DNA of 30,490 bases from positions 1-30,490 of the IMG/VR virus record IMGVR_UViG_3300024232_000056; one strand, given 5' to 3'. Within the stretch, counting starts at the first letter, position 1, and each line of letters begins with the position of its first letter. Source of the DNA: a virus. Taxonomy: Duplodnaviria > Caudoviricetes. The notes beneath the pieces were generated by a model. It was not told the origin of the DNA. It searched no databases and was given only the letters and a program-made list of their open reading frames with translations. Both the position numbers and the translations under genes were made by a program. Positions 7,351-15,445 of this stretch are shown in pieces.

Positions 7351-8372
7351 CCTACAAGATAGCTCTCGTGGGCGAGGCGTGGGGTGAGCACGAGGAGCGG
7401 GAACGTGCTCCCTTCGTAGGCCCGGCGGGATGGCAGCTCAACTCGATGTTGGGCGAGGCCGGGATCGCACGAAGGGAGTGCTTTCTTACGAATGTCTTCA
7501 ACCTACGGCCGAGGCCGACGAACAAGATCGAAAACTTATGCGCTACGCGCAAGGAGGTCCGTCATGCGCTCCCGCCGCTATCATCTGGCAAGTACATCCG
7601 CGATGAATTTCTCCCAGAACTCGACCGCCTTTACGCAGAACTTACTCGAGCTAATCCGAATGTCATTGTCTGTCTCGGGGGAACTGCCGCCTGGGCAATA
7701 CTACGTGACGGTAGAATATCGAAACTTCGTGGGGCAGTCGCAGGTTCCCCCGTACTGGCAGGAAAAAAGTGCATCCCAACCTTCCATCCCTCCTACATCC
7801 TCCAGGGAGGGTACGAAGCAAGGCACGTCACTATCCTCGACCTTCAAAAGGCCCGACGCGAGTCCGAGTATCCCGAGATTAGGCGCCCACAACGAACAAT
7901 CTATACCGAGCCCCTCCTCGGAGATCTCGAACAATTCTACGCCGAGCACATCCTACCCGCCAAAAGGCTTGCAGTCGACATAGAAACTCGGGGGAACGTG
8001 ATAACCTGCATCGGGTTCGCCCCTACGATAGACGTTGCATTGGTTCTGCCGTTTGAGGACCACCGCAATGCTTCGGGACGTTATTGGGGCTCGAAAGAGG
8101 CGGAGGTCGCGGCGTGGAAATGGGTGAAGAAGGCCCTCGCGAGCCCGTGCGAGAAGGTGTTCCAGAACGGGCTCTTTGATATGCACAGGCTGTGGAGGAC
8201 TTATGGGGTTCCGGTTACTAATGCTCGTCACGATACTATGCTTCTTCATCATGCACTCATGCCAGAGTCCCCTAAGGGACTCGACTACCTTGGGTCAATC
8301 TATACATCCGAAAGTGCATGGAAGCTCGGTATCCGATTGAAACACAAGGGCACGATCAAAAAGGAGGACTGA
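7347..8372 (+). CDS. family-4-like uracil-DNA glycosylase fused to the N-terminal part (ExoI, ExoII) of a PolA 3'-5' exonuclease
   Basis: UDG: LVGEAWG.HE, PFVGPAG, LTNV, TFHPSYIL. Exonuclease: AVDIETRG (ExoI), FQNGLFD (ExoII), HDTMLLHH, KGLDYLGSIY. Confidence 0.85.
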   Translation: MTYKIALVGEAWGEHEERERAPFVGPAGWQLNSMLGEAGIARRECFLTNVFNLRPRPTNKIENLCATRKEVRHALPPLSSGKYIRDEFLPELDRLYAELTRANPNVIVCLGGTAAWAILRDGRISKLRGAVAGSPVLAGKKCIPTFHPSYILQGGYEARHVTILDLQKARRESEYPEIRRPQRTIYTEPLLGDLEQFYAEHILPAKRLAVDIETRGNVITCIGFAPTIDVALVLPFEDHRNASGRYWGSKEAEVAAWKWVKKALASPCEKVFQNGLFDMHRLWRTYGVPVTNARHDTMLLHHALMPESPKGLDYLGSIYTSESAWKLGIRLKHKGTIKKED

Positions 8373-8373
8373 C

Positions 8374-8694
8374 ATGGCTATTCCCAGTATCCTGGCCCGC
8401 ATCGCGGCGGGAGTGGCCTCCGAGGCCGTCGAGGACAGTGAGGCCTCGCTCATGGCCACCCTCGCCGAGCATCTGGGTGTGCCCTTTCCCAAGGACAGTG
8501 ACTCACTGACCATTCCCGTGGCCAGCTCCGCGATCTCTGCCATCGGCTACAAGTCCCCCGACACGATCACAGTGGTGTTCAAGCGGGGCGGGTCGTTGAG
8601 CTACGACTTCATGGGTTCCCTCGATGAATTTGCCGCGTTCGCGCTGTCGCCCTCCAAGGGAGCGTTCTTCAACGCTCACTTCAAAGACCGATGA
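8374..8694 (+). CDS. KTSC-domain protein
   Basis: IPVASSAISAIGY...TITVVFKRGGSLSYDF...FALSPSKGAFFNAHFK matches the KTSC consensus; RBS AGGAGG. Confidence 0.8.
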   Translation: MAIPSILARIAAGVASEAVEDSEASLMATLAEHLGVPFPKDSDSLTIPVASSAISAIGYKSPDTITVVFKRGGSLSYDFMGSLDEFAAFALSPSKGAFFNAHFKDR

Positions 8695-10178
8695 AGGCCA
8701 CCCGCACTGATCTACTTCGCCCCGGCGAGCCCAAATCCGAGACCGAGCGTCTCTGGATATACAATGGCCTGGACTGCTGCGTGACCCTTGAAGTTCTCGA
8801 GGCCATCCTTCCCCAACTCGATAACCTTACGGGTAGTACTTATGCACTATCGCTTGCTCTGCAGGCGCCGGTGCTGGAAATGAACCTCCGTGGAGTCCTT
8901 GTCGATGAAACCGAACGAGTACGAGCTATCGAACAGTATCGAAGTGACACTGACCGCCTACAGCGGAACCTGTATCGGATCGTTCACGATGGAGTCGGAT
9001 ACACCAATTTCCGAGACAGCGGAAAAACTAAAGCTTGGCGTTCTAACTCCCATGTTGCTGCTCTCCTCTATGATGTACTCAAACTTCCTGAAGTACGAAA
9101 GCGAAACGAACGGGGAGAGATGGTACGCACAGTTAACCGGGACGCCCTTGAACGACTACAGATACATTTTATCGCTCAGCCAATTATTAACCATATCCTC
9201 GCACTACGAGATTTTGGTAAAAAGATTGGAGTCCTTGAGACGAAAATTGACTCCGATGGGCGACTCCGTACTTCTTATAACATCGCAGGAACTACAACAG
9301 GTAGATTTTCTTCTAGCCTCAATGACTTTGGAAGTGGTGGAAATCTCCAAAACATTGAGGAACGCCTCCGCCGTATCTTCGTAGCTGATCGGGGAATGAA
9401 GTTCGCCAACATCGACCTTGAACAGGCCGACTCCCGTAACATAGGAGCGCTGTGTTACAATGTCTTCAGAGACCCGACGTATCTCGATGCTTGTGAGTCA
9501 GGGGACCTACACACTACAGTTGCCAGAATGTCGCGACCGGACTTGCCCTGGAGTGGTGACCTCAAGAGGGACCGCGTGGTCGCTGAGCAACCCTACTATC
9601 GGCATCACACTCTACGCCATGTGTGTAAGGTGCTCGGCCACGGTACTAATTACCTTGGTTCCCCGTTCGAGATGTCCAAGCACACCAAAATCGAGCAGTC
9701 GATCATCAAAGACTTCCAAGCGCTCTACTTCTCCACGTTCCCCTCGATCCACAAGCTCCACGACTGGGTCAAAGAAGAAATAATGAACAAGGGTTACTTG
9801 GTGACGCCCTTTGGGCGTAAGCGCTGGTTCTTCGGCAAGCGCGACGAGCGTGATACACTGAAACAGGCCGTGGCCCACCTGGGCCAGTCGATGACCGCGG
9901 ACGAGATGAACCATGCTATGTTGGCCCTATGGCGGCTGAACATTGTACAGATCATGTTGCAGGGGCACGACTCAATACTTATACAATACAAGGAGGGCGA
10001 AGAAAATGAGGTTATCCCGAAGGTTCTTTCTGCGATGCGGGTTCCCCTGGAACTCGAGGGCGGCCGCGAGTTCGTAGTGCCTGTGGAAGTGCAAGTCGGA
10101 TGGAATTGGGGTAAGAAAACTGTCGATAACCCGAATGGGCTTTCCAAGTGGCACCCCCCGCAGGCATCCGAAGGCTAG
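8691..10178 (+). CDS. polA: family A DNA polymerase (ExoIII + polymerase domain)
   Basis: WIYNGLDC (ExoIII), GTTTGRFSS, NLQNI, motif A IDLEQADSR, motif B RHVCKVLGHGTNY, TPFGRKR, motif C QGHDS. Confidence 0.92.
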   Translation: MKATRTDLLRPGEPKSETERLWIYNGLDCCVTLEVLEAILPQLDNLTGSTYALSLALQAPVLEMNLRGVLVDETERVRAIEQYRSDTDRLQRNLYRIVHDGVGYTNFRDSGKTKAWRSNSHVAALLYDVLKLPEVRKRNERGEMVRTVNRDALERLQIHFIAQPIINHILALRDFGKKIGVLETKIDSDGRLRTSYNIAGTTTGRFSSSLNDFGSGGNLQNIEERLRRIFVADRGMKFANIDLEQADSRNIGALCYNVFRDPTYLDACESGDLHTTVARMSRPDLPWSGDLKRDRVVAEQPYYRHHTLRHVCKVLGHGTNYLGSPFEMSKHTKIEQSIIKDFQALYFSTFPSIHKLHDWVKEEIMNKGYLVTPFGRKRWFFGKRDERDTLKQAVAHLGQSMTADEMNHAMLALWRLNIVQIMLQGHDSILIQYKEGEENEVIPKVLSAMRVPLELEGGREFVVPVEVQVGWNWGKKTVDNPNGLSKWHPPQASEG

Positions 10179-11395
10179 GCAACTGGATCGAGTCCTACGA
10201 AGAATACACTGAAATTCTGCCATCTCCGGCATTGTTTCGCAAGTGGGTTGCGATCTTCTTCGTTGCCGCAGCGATGGAACGTAGAGTGTGGGTGAGGACC
10301 ATGGGGTCCGCGCTCTATCCGAACCTTTATGTCCTGTTGGTAGGTCCGCCTGGGATAGGAAAAGGCGTAGCTATGCATCCCGCCGAGGCCATGATGCGGG
10401 ACGTTCCAGAGATCCACGTCGGCCCCTCGGATATGACCACGGCCAGTATGATCGATGCCCTGAACGAGTCAGTTAGAAGGGTCATTATCCTGGGCGGTAA
10501 CCCGCCCTTTGACGAGTTTCACTCACTCACAGTGGTCTCCCGCGAGCTTGGCGTGCTCATTCCTGGCTGGGAGACTTCACTGATGAACAACCTAACGGAT
10601 ATCTACGATGGATTTACAGTCGATCAAAAGCGACGAGGGAAAGATCTTAGGATCAAAATTAAGGCTCCACAGATTAACCTTCTTGGAGCGTGTACTCCTG
10701 CATATCTTAATGAAGTCATGCCTACGGGAGCTTGGGATCAAGGGTTCATTTCCCGCACCCTGCTCATATATTCAGGTGAGCGAGTCAGTCGAGATCCTTT
10801 CCTCGATGAAGGACTTGGCCCCACCGCAGGTCGCCTGCACGCTGATCTTCTCCATGATCTTAAAACTATCGCGCTCGAGTACGGTCAAATGTCCTTCACC
10901 ACTCCCGCCGCAGCTGCAATCAAGGCCTGGATCAGAGGCGGTTGCAAACCCGAACCTGAACACTCTAAGCTCCAGTACTACAACTCCCGGAGAACCGCCC
11001 ACCTCCTGAAACTGTGCATGATCTCCAGCATCGCCCGGCGGGGCAACAAGATCATCGAGATCGAGGACTACGCGCAGGCCCTCAATTGGTTGATGGAAGC
11101 TGAGCAATACATGCCAGACATCTTCAAATCGATGGTATCGGGCGGGGACTCCAACGCGATGGAAGAGACCTGGAACTACGTATGGACCCTCTACGGTAAA
11201 GAGAAAAAGCCTATTTCGGAGCACCGCATCGTCCACTTCCTGCGCGAGCGCGTGCCCGCACACTCCATCATGAAAGTCATGGAGATGATGGTCCGGGCAA
11301 GGATGTTCGAGCTGCAGTCAGATGAGGGCACAGTGGGCTACAAGCCAGCGTCGCGCGAAGCGCGGCTTACCGGGCGAGCCGATCCTCGGGAGTAG
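10148..11395 (+). CDS. DUF3987/YfjI-like AAA+ ATPase, probable replicative helicase
   Basis: PNLYVLLVGPPGIGKG (Walker A), NLLGACTP, QGFISR (arginine finger), C-terminal winged-helix-like region. Start uncertain. Confidence 0.75.
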   Translation: MAPPAGIRRLGNWIESYEEYTEILPSPALFRKWVAIFFVAAAMERRVWVRTMGSALYPNLYVLLVGPPGIGKGVAMHPAEAMMRDVPEIHVGPSDMTTASMIDALNESVRRVIILGGNPPFDEFHSLTVVSRELGVLIPGWETSLMNNLTDIYDGFTVDQKRRGKDLRIKIKAPQINLLGACTPAYLNEVMPTGAWDQGFISRTLLIYSGERVSRDPFLDEGLGPTAGRLHADLLHDLKTIALEYGQMSFTTPAAAAIKAWIRGGCKPEPEHSKLQYYNSRRTAHLLKLCMISSIARRGNKIIEIEDYAQALNWLMEAEQYMPDIFKSMVSGGDSNAMEETWNYVWTLYGKEKKPISEHRIVHFLRERVPAHSIMKVMEMMVRARMFELQSDEGTVGYKPASREARLTGRADPRE

Positions 11396-11711
11396 CCCCC
11401 TCAGGATCGCGCTCGTCGAGCCCAGTCATAACCTTTATGTAGATCTCCCTGGCCTTTCTATGGCCCCGCAGTGCTCGATCCTGGCTCTCTTTGTTGGTAT
11501 CAGTCATCCAGTTCTGAAACAGCAGTCCTACTCGGGCGGTGTATGCAGCCTCCACTCCACGTCGATCGAGTCGAAGGAGCTTCTTATCATAGATCGATGG
11601 CTCTAGGGGCGGAACGCCCTCGCCCGGGCTCTGGTCACTGACAACGAGCATCAGGAAGATGGCTATTCCGACAGCTATGATGAAGGCTACTAGTGGCCCA
11701 AGGTACTTCAT
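11367..11711 (-). CDS. membrane-anchored protein next to the endolysin (lysis accessory?)
   Basis: Single N-terminal TM helix; ATGA overlap with the endolysin stop. Confidence 0.65.
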   Translation of the reverse strand: MKYLGPLVAFIIAVGIAIFLMLVVSDQSPGEGVPPLEPSIYDKKLLRLDRRGVEAAYTARVGLLFQNWMTDTNKESQDRALRGHRKAREIYIKVMTGLDERDPEGATPEDRLAR

Positions 11712-12484
11712 GTGATAGCCGTACCGTTGATGTAAACTGTAACCTTTCCGTCCTCGATCACGATCTTGATCTCAGTGGGCCCTTGGCCCACGGGGGGAGG
11801 TTCCTCCGGTCCAGGAGGCTCGATATGAGGGGGATTTCCTACGTAGACCGGAGGCAGTGCGTCATCGGCAGCCTCGCGCTGAATATAGATCGTGTTGTCG
11901 AGTTCGAGGAGACACTTGAGAACTGGCATACAGCCCACGCGTGAGTCACGAGCCCCGCTACTCCACTGGCCGTCTGCGACATAGAACCCGCTCGTATAGA
12001 TGTTAGTTCCAGCATACACGTAGGCAGATGGACTTCCGTGTAACCTATAACCCCATCCATTGTAAGACTCCCACCAGAATGCGGCCTTCTCTAGCCGCCA
12101 ATCCTCCACATCGTCGAGTCCGTGATCCTCGAGCGCGATTATCGCCGCCCTGTCCCAGGCGTCTTGCCCGTAGTAGGGCCCTTGCCCTTTCGGGACGTGG
12201 GTCGAGACTTTGTTGAGCGGGTCCCCTTGCGCGAGCTGGGTAGAGAAGTCACAATCCGCTTCACGAAAATGAGTAGGTCCGATCCACCACCAGGGGACCC
12301 CCGTCTTCGCTTCGACATTCTGATACCGAGCCTTATTCGCGAGGATTTTCTTGGCGATACCCTGGGCCATAGTCAACTTGTTGCGCTCCATGATATCCCA
12401 CCAGCCCGCGGCCTCAGGCCAAAAGGCCCCGTACTTGGGGATTGTCGTGGAGGTAGTGATTGCCCGGGGCGTGATCTCACTCAT
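11708..12484 (-). CDS. endolysin, lysozyme-like (COG5526-type)
   Basis: RYQNVEAKTGVPWWWIG.TH.RE...F...LAQGDPL; ESYNGWGY; SAYVYAGTN.Y..G.YVADG. Confidence 0.85.
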   Translation of the reverse strand: MSEITPRAITTSTTIPKYGAFWPEAAGWWDIMERNKLTMAQGIAKKILANKARYQNVEAKTGVPWWWIGPTHFREADCDFSTQLAQGDPLNKVSTHVPKGQGPYYGQDAWDRAAIIALEDHGLDDVEDWRLEKAAFWWESYNGWGYRLHGSPSAYVYAGTNIYTSGFYVADGQWSSGARDSRVGCMPVLKCLLELDNTIYIQREAADDALPPVYVGNPPHIEPPGPEEPPPVGQGPTEIKIVIEDGKVTVYINGTAIT

Positions 12485-12813
12485 TCGACTACCGAGACTG
12501 TCCCGAGGATCAACGAAGTGATATCGGTGTCGGTTTGAAACACCATAATCAGTTTATAAAGCTTGGGCCGTAGCGCGAACATAGCTGGCGCCTCGACCCG
12601 CCACTGCACGATCCCGGGCGCGGGCAGGGTGATACTCCCGCCGCGCATAGTAATAATCAACTCGTCGAACCGACTGAGCTGGTCCTGGAGCCTCAGGATA
12701 ACATCGACCACCCCCGAGAAGTCGTAGAGGGTATCGTTATCGATGCTCCACACTTCCACAGTCTCTACCCAAGTACTGTAGATCGATGCGGGAGGGATTG
12801 ATCCATCTAACAT
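12481..12813 (-). CDS. hypothetical beta-rich protein (tail fibre associated / BppU-like)
   Basis: Position after the tail fibre; YDFSG...ILGTVSVV pattern. Confidence 0.6.
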   Translation of the reverse strand: MLDGSIPPASIYSTWVETVEVWSIDNDTLYDFSGVVDVILRLQDQLSRFDELIITMRGGSITLPAPGIVQWRVEAPAMFALRPKLYKLIMVFQTDTDITSLILGTVSVVE

Positions 12814-12822
12814 CTTGGACCT

Positions 12823-14055
12823 CTACAGCTTGATAAACCAGGTTACGAGCCGCGCGAGCGGCATGTTGTTGATCGGTGTAGTGCCGCCGATAGTGGTTGT
12901 AGTGAAGGTATGGCTGTGGCCGGGCTCGTTTGGGATAGGATGGAAGTGGTTTACACTGTCCGTTCCGGTAGTAAAGTTGTGGGTGTGGTTCGTAGCCTGG
13001 GAGCCCGAGGCACTGAAGGAGTGGGCGTGGTCGCCAACGCCAAAGCTGGCACCGCTGGTGGTGCCAGATGTACTAAAGGTAAGGAGATTGCTGCCTCCGG
13101 CCCCGCCCTGATTAGCTCCGGTCGAATAACTGTAGGTGTGGCTGTGGTCGAGGCTATAGCCCGTGCCAGCAGAACCGATCGTGGTCCCCGAGGACGAAAT
13201 AACGATAGTCTGGTTTTCAGCCCCGGTCGCGCCACTGTGGGTATGGAAGGTGTTAACAGTACTGGTTTGTCCCCCGTGCGCGTGAGACCCATCCACCGAG
13301 GTCGTGCCAGTGTGTTGGTGGGCTGGCATCTGACCCACGCTAAGCGTAACCGAGTTAGCTCCGATACTCGCCGCGGGGAAGGTTGTAGTTCCGACATTGA
13401 AAAGCAGCCCGGTAAATGCACCGGCCGGAGTATTACCCATGTCATCGACGCCGAATAGTGCCGCGCCTCGACAAGAAGGTAGTACGATGTTCTTGTTAGC
13501 GTTAAAGTCGGCTATAGCCCCAGAGGGAGTGCGTCCCCCTGACACAGTAGCCATAGCATCATTGACATTGTTATACAGATACTGGAACAGCGCAAATGTG
13601 TCACTGTTCGTATTGTTCAATCCATTAGCTCGTTCTGTCGCGAGCGAGGCCGCGTTGCCGATAGTCCTTCCATTCAGCCTGACATAGCCAGGTTTGGTCG
13701 TATTGATAAACTCTCCGTGGATCATACCAGTCTGGACACGCTCCTCAGCAGGAATAACCACAGTCAGATCAACTGGATTTGGATTAGGCACCGCGAGGGT
13801 GAAGGTTATCTGAACGTCGTCCTTAGACTTTACCTGAAAGTCATAGCTGACTACGTAGGGCACAAACACGTCTGGCCAGCGACCATTCGCATCCGCGACT
13901 ACCGGATTGGGATGAGCACTTGACTCGCCCGCGTCGCGAAACACTGTCAGCGGTGACGTTGTCCCGCCCTGAAAGAAGAATGCCTTAGCCCCGTCCGCGC
14001 GGAGGTCGTCAGCATATCGCTCGACCATTCCTGATCTATTCCACAGGCTTCCCAC
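12823..14055 (-). CDS. tail fibre with collar domain and HxH metal-binding needle
   Basis: N-terminal HPNPVVADANGRW (head-binding type), GYVRLNGRTI...LPSCRG collar, 8 HxH motifs, C-terminal NNMP...WFIKL. GTG start after GGAGG. Confidence 0.85.
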   Translation of the reverse strand: MGSLWNRSGMVERYADDLRADGAKAFFFQGGTTSPLTVFRDAGESSAHPNPVVADANGRWPDVFVPYVVSYDFQVKSKDDVQITFTLAVPNPNPVDLTVVIPAEERVQTGMIHGEFINTTKPGYVRLNGRTIGNAASLATERANGLNNTNSDTFALFQYLYNNVNDAMATVSGGRTPSGAIADFNANKNIVLPSCRGAALFGVDDMGNTPAGAFTGLLFNVGTTTFPAASIGANSVTLSVGQMPAHQHTGTTSVDGSHAHGGQTSTVNTFHTHSGATGAENQTIVISSSGTTIGSAGTGYSLDHSHTYSYSTGANQGGAGGSNLLTFSTSGTTSGASFGVGDHAHSFSASGSQATNHTHNFTTGTDSVNHFHPIPNEPGHSHTFTTTTIGGTTPINNMPLARLVTWFIKL

Positions 14056-15445
14056 GAGCGCCTCCAATGACAGTGGCGGGATCTACATCAGTCCCAAGAT
14101 TGTTGTTTAGGTTCTTTGTCGCGAGGTTAAACCCCACTATCGCGGCGTTACCGCCAGAGCGTACTACCCGTTCATAGGCACGGGACCATGCGGCCACACT
14201 GGCTGCGAGCGCGGGCGAGGTCAGTGCATGGGCAACCACCTTAACCGGGATCATGGTGCCGAGCACCGCGAGCGGGGCGGCTATAGCTCCTGCCCCGGTG
14301 ACACCTCCAACGGCAGCTGCTCCTACGGCGGCTTTAGCCATGGTCCCGGCCGAGGGCCCTCGCCATGTCGGCGCGCGCTCGGCGACCTCTGCGATACTGT
14401 CCAGATGGTGCCTCAGCGAGCCCGAACCGCCCTGCCCAAAGAGGATGTTCTTTGAGGCCTCTGGCAGTTCGCTGTAGCGACGGACAAAGTCGCCCGCGCC
14501 GAACTCTCCGACCTCGTTCTGGCCCAGATGCTGGACTAACTGAGCCTGGACCTCACCCTGCCGCTTGGCGGGCGTCAGCTGGCGCATCCGCGCGAGCGCG
14601 GCAAGGTCCTCTGGCGTGCCAGTCCGGGCCATATTGGCCATTTGGGCTATGGCGTCCTCAGCTGGCTTATCCGTTACAGTGGTCAGCCGGGGCGGCACGG
14701 GACCAGTAGAGCCCGCGATCCGTCCCTGGAGCATCTCGCCGGTAGCCCCAACTTCCGCACCAGGCTCGATCCCGCCTTTAGAGATGGCCTTACTTAGGGC
14801 GGCCCCGCCTCGCATAGCGGCGATCCCAGGAGCTACTGGCCCGCCAAGGGCCGCAGCCATGGCGTTTTGGGGCTCCTGAAGTTCGCCTCCAGCGCTCTTA
14901 AGGAACTGACCGAAGCCCTTTTTCGCGCCTGCAACCCACTCAGGAATTAGATTGGTGATAGCATCCGTTACAGGACCCTCAGTCCGCCCTCTGGTCCCGC
15001 GCGCGGTAGCAATAGCCGCGACTTCCCTGGCCTGCTCGGCTGGGTCTTGGGATAGTATCGTTCCTTCGAGCGGGGAGGGCTTGGCTGGAGGAGCCGCCTT
15101 TGGCTCTACTGGCTCATCAAAGACGAAGCCTTTTGGTACTGCGCTTGGTGGAGCCTCGTCAAACTTAAATCCTTTCGGAACTACATATGGTTGTTCCGTG
15201 TCACTTTTTGGAGTACCGCCCCCTGCCATCGACAGGACCTTGGTTGGATCGCCGTAGCGCTCCCGCGTTCCGGGCGGGGCTATCCTCGGGGGCGGCATTC
15301 GCTGCTGCTCCTCGATGTAGTCACCAACTGGATCAGAACTGAATGGAGCCCAGCGCTGACGGAAGGTGTCCACAGAGGGATCAACAGGATTTAACCTGCC
15401 CCACCGAGGCTCGTTTGGCTGCAGATAGTCAAACTCTCTGGCCAT
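14036..15445 (-). CDS. DNA ejection (internal virion) protein
   Basis: Ala/Gly-rich, repeated VPKGF.FDE, hydrophobic C-terminal segment; third gene of the ejectosome block. Confidence 0.65.
   Translation of the reverse strand: MAREFDYLQPNEPRWGRLNPVDPSVDTFRQRWAPFSSDPVGDYIEEQQRMPPPRIAPPGTRERYGDPTKVLSMAGGGTPKSDTEQPYVVPKGFKFDEAPPSAVPKGFVFDEPVEPKAAPPAKPSPLEGTILSQDPAEQAREVAAIATARGTRGRTEGPVTDAITNLIPEWVAGAKKGFGQFLKSAGGELQEPQNAMAAALGGPVAPGIAAMRGGAALSKAISKGGIEPGAEVGATGEMLQGRIAGSTGPVPPRLTTVTDKPAEDAIAQMANMARTGTPEDLAALARMRQLTPAKRQGEVQAQLVQHLGQNEVGEFGAGDFVRRYSELPEASKNILFGQGGSGSLRHHLDSIAEVAERAPTWRGPSAGTMAKAAVGAAAVGGVTGAGAIAAPLAVLGTMIPVKVVAHALTSPALAASVAAWSRAYERVVRSGGNAAIVGFNLATKNLNNNLGTDVDPATVIGGARGKPVE

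Noticed and set aside
8370-8693. Stop readthrough, intein or self-splicing intron joining the polymerase halves
   Set aside because: Another in-frame TGA lies in the gap, no intein termini or homing endonuclease motifs are present, and the gap is filled by a coupled KTSC gene. Not excluded without RNA data.
11367-11711. Rz/Rz1 spanin pair
   Set aside because: No nested lipoprotein ORF with a lipobox was seen in the +1 frame checked, so it is left as a membrane-anchored protein.
12823-14055. Diversity-generating retroelement target
   Set aside because: No reverse transcriptase and no template/variable repeat pair seen in the window.
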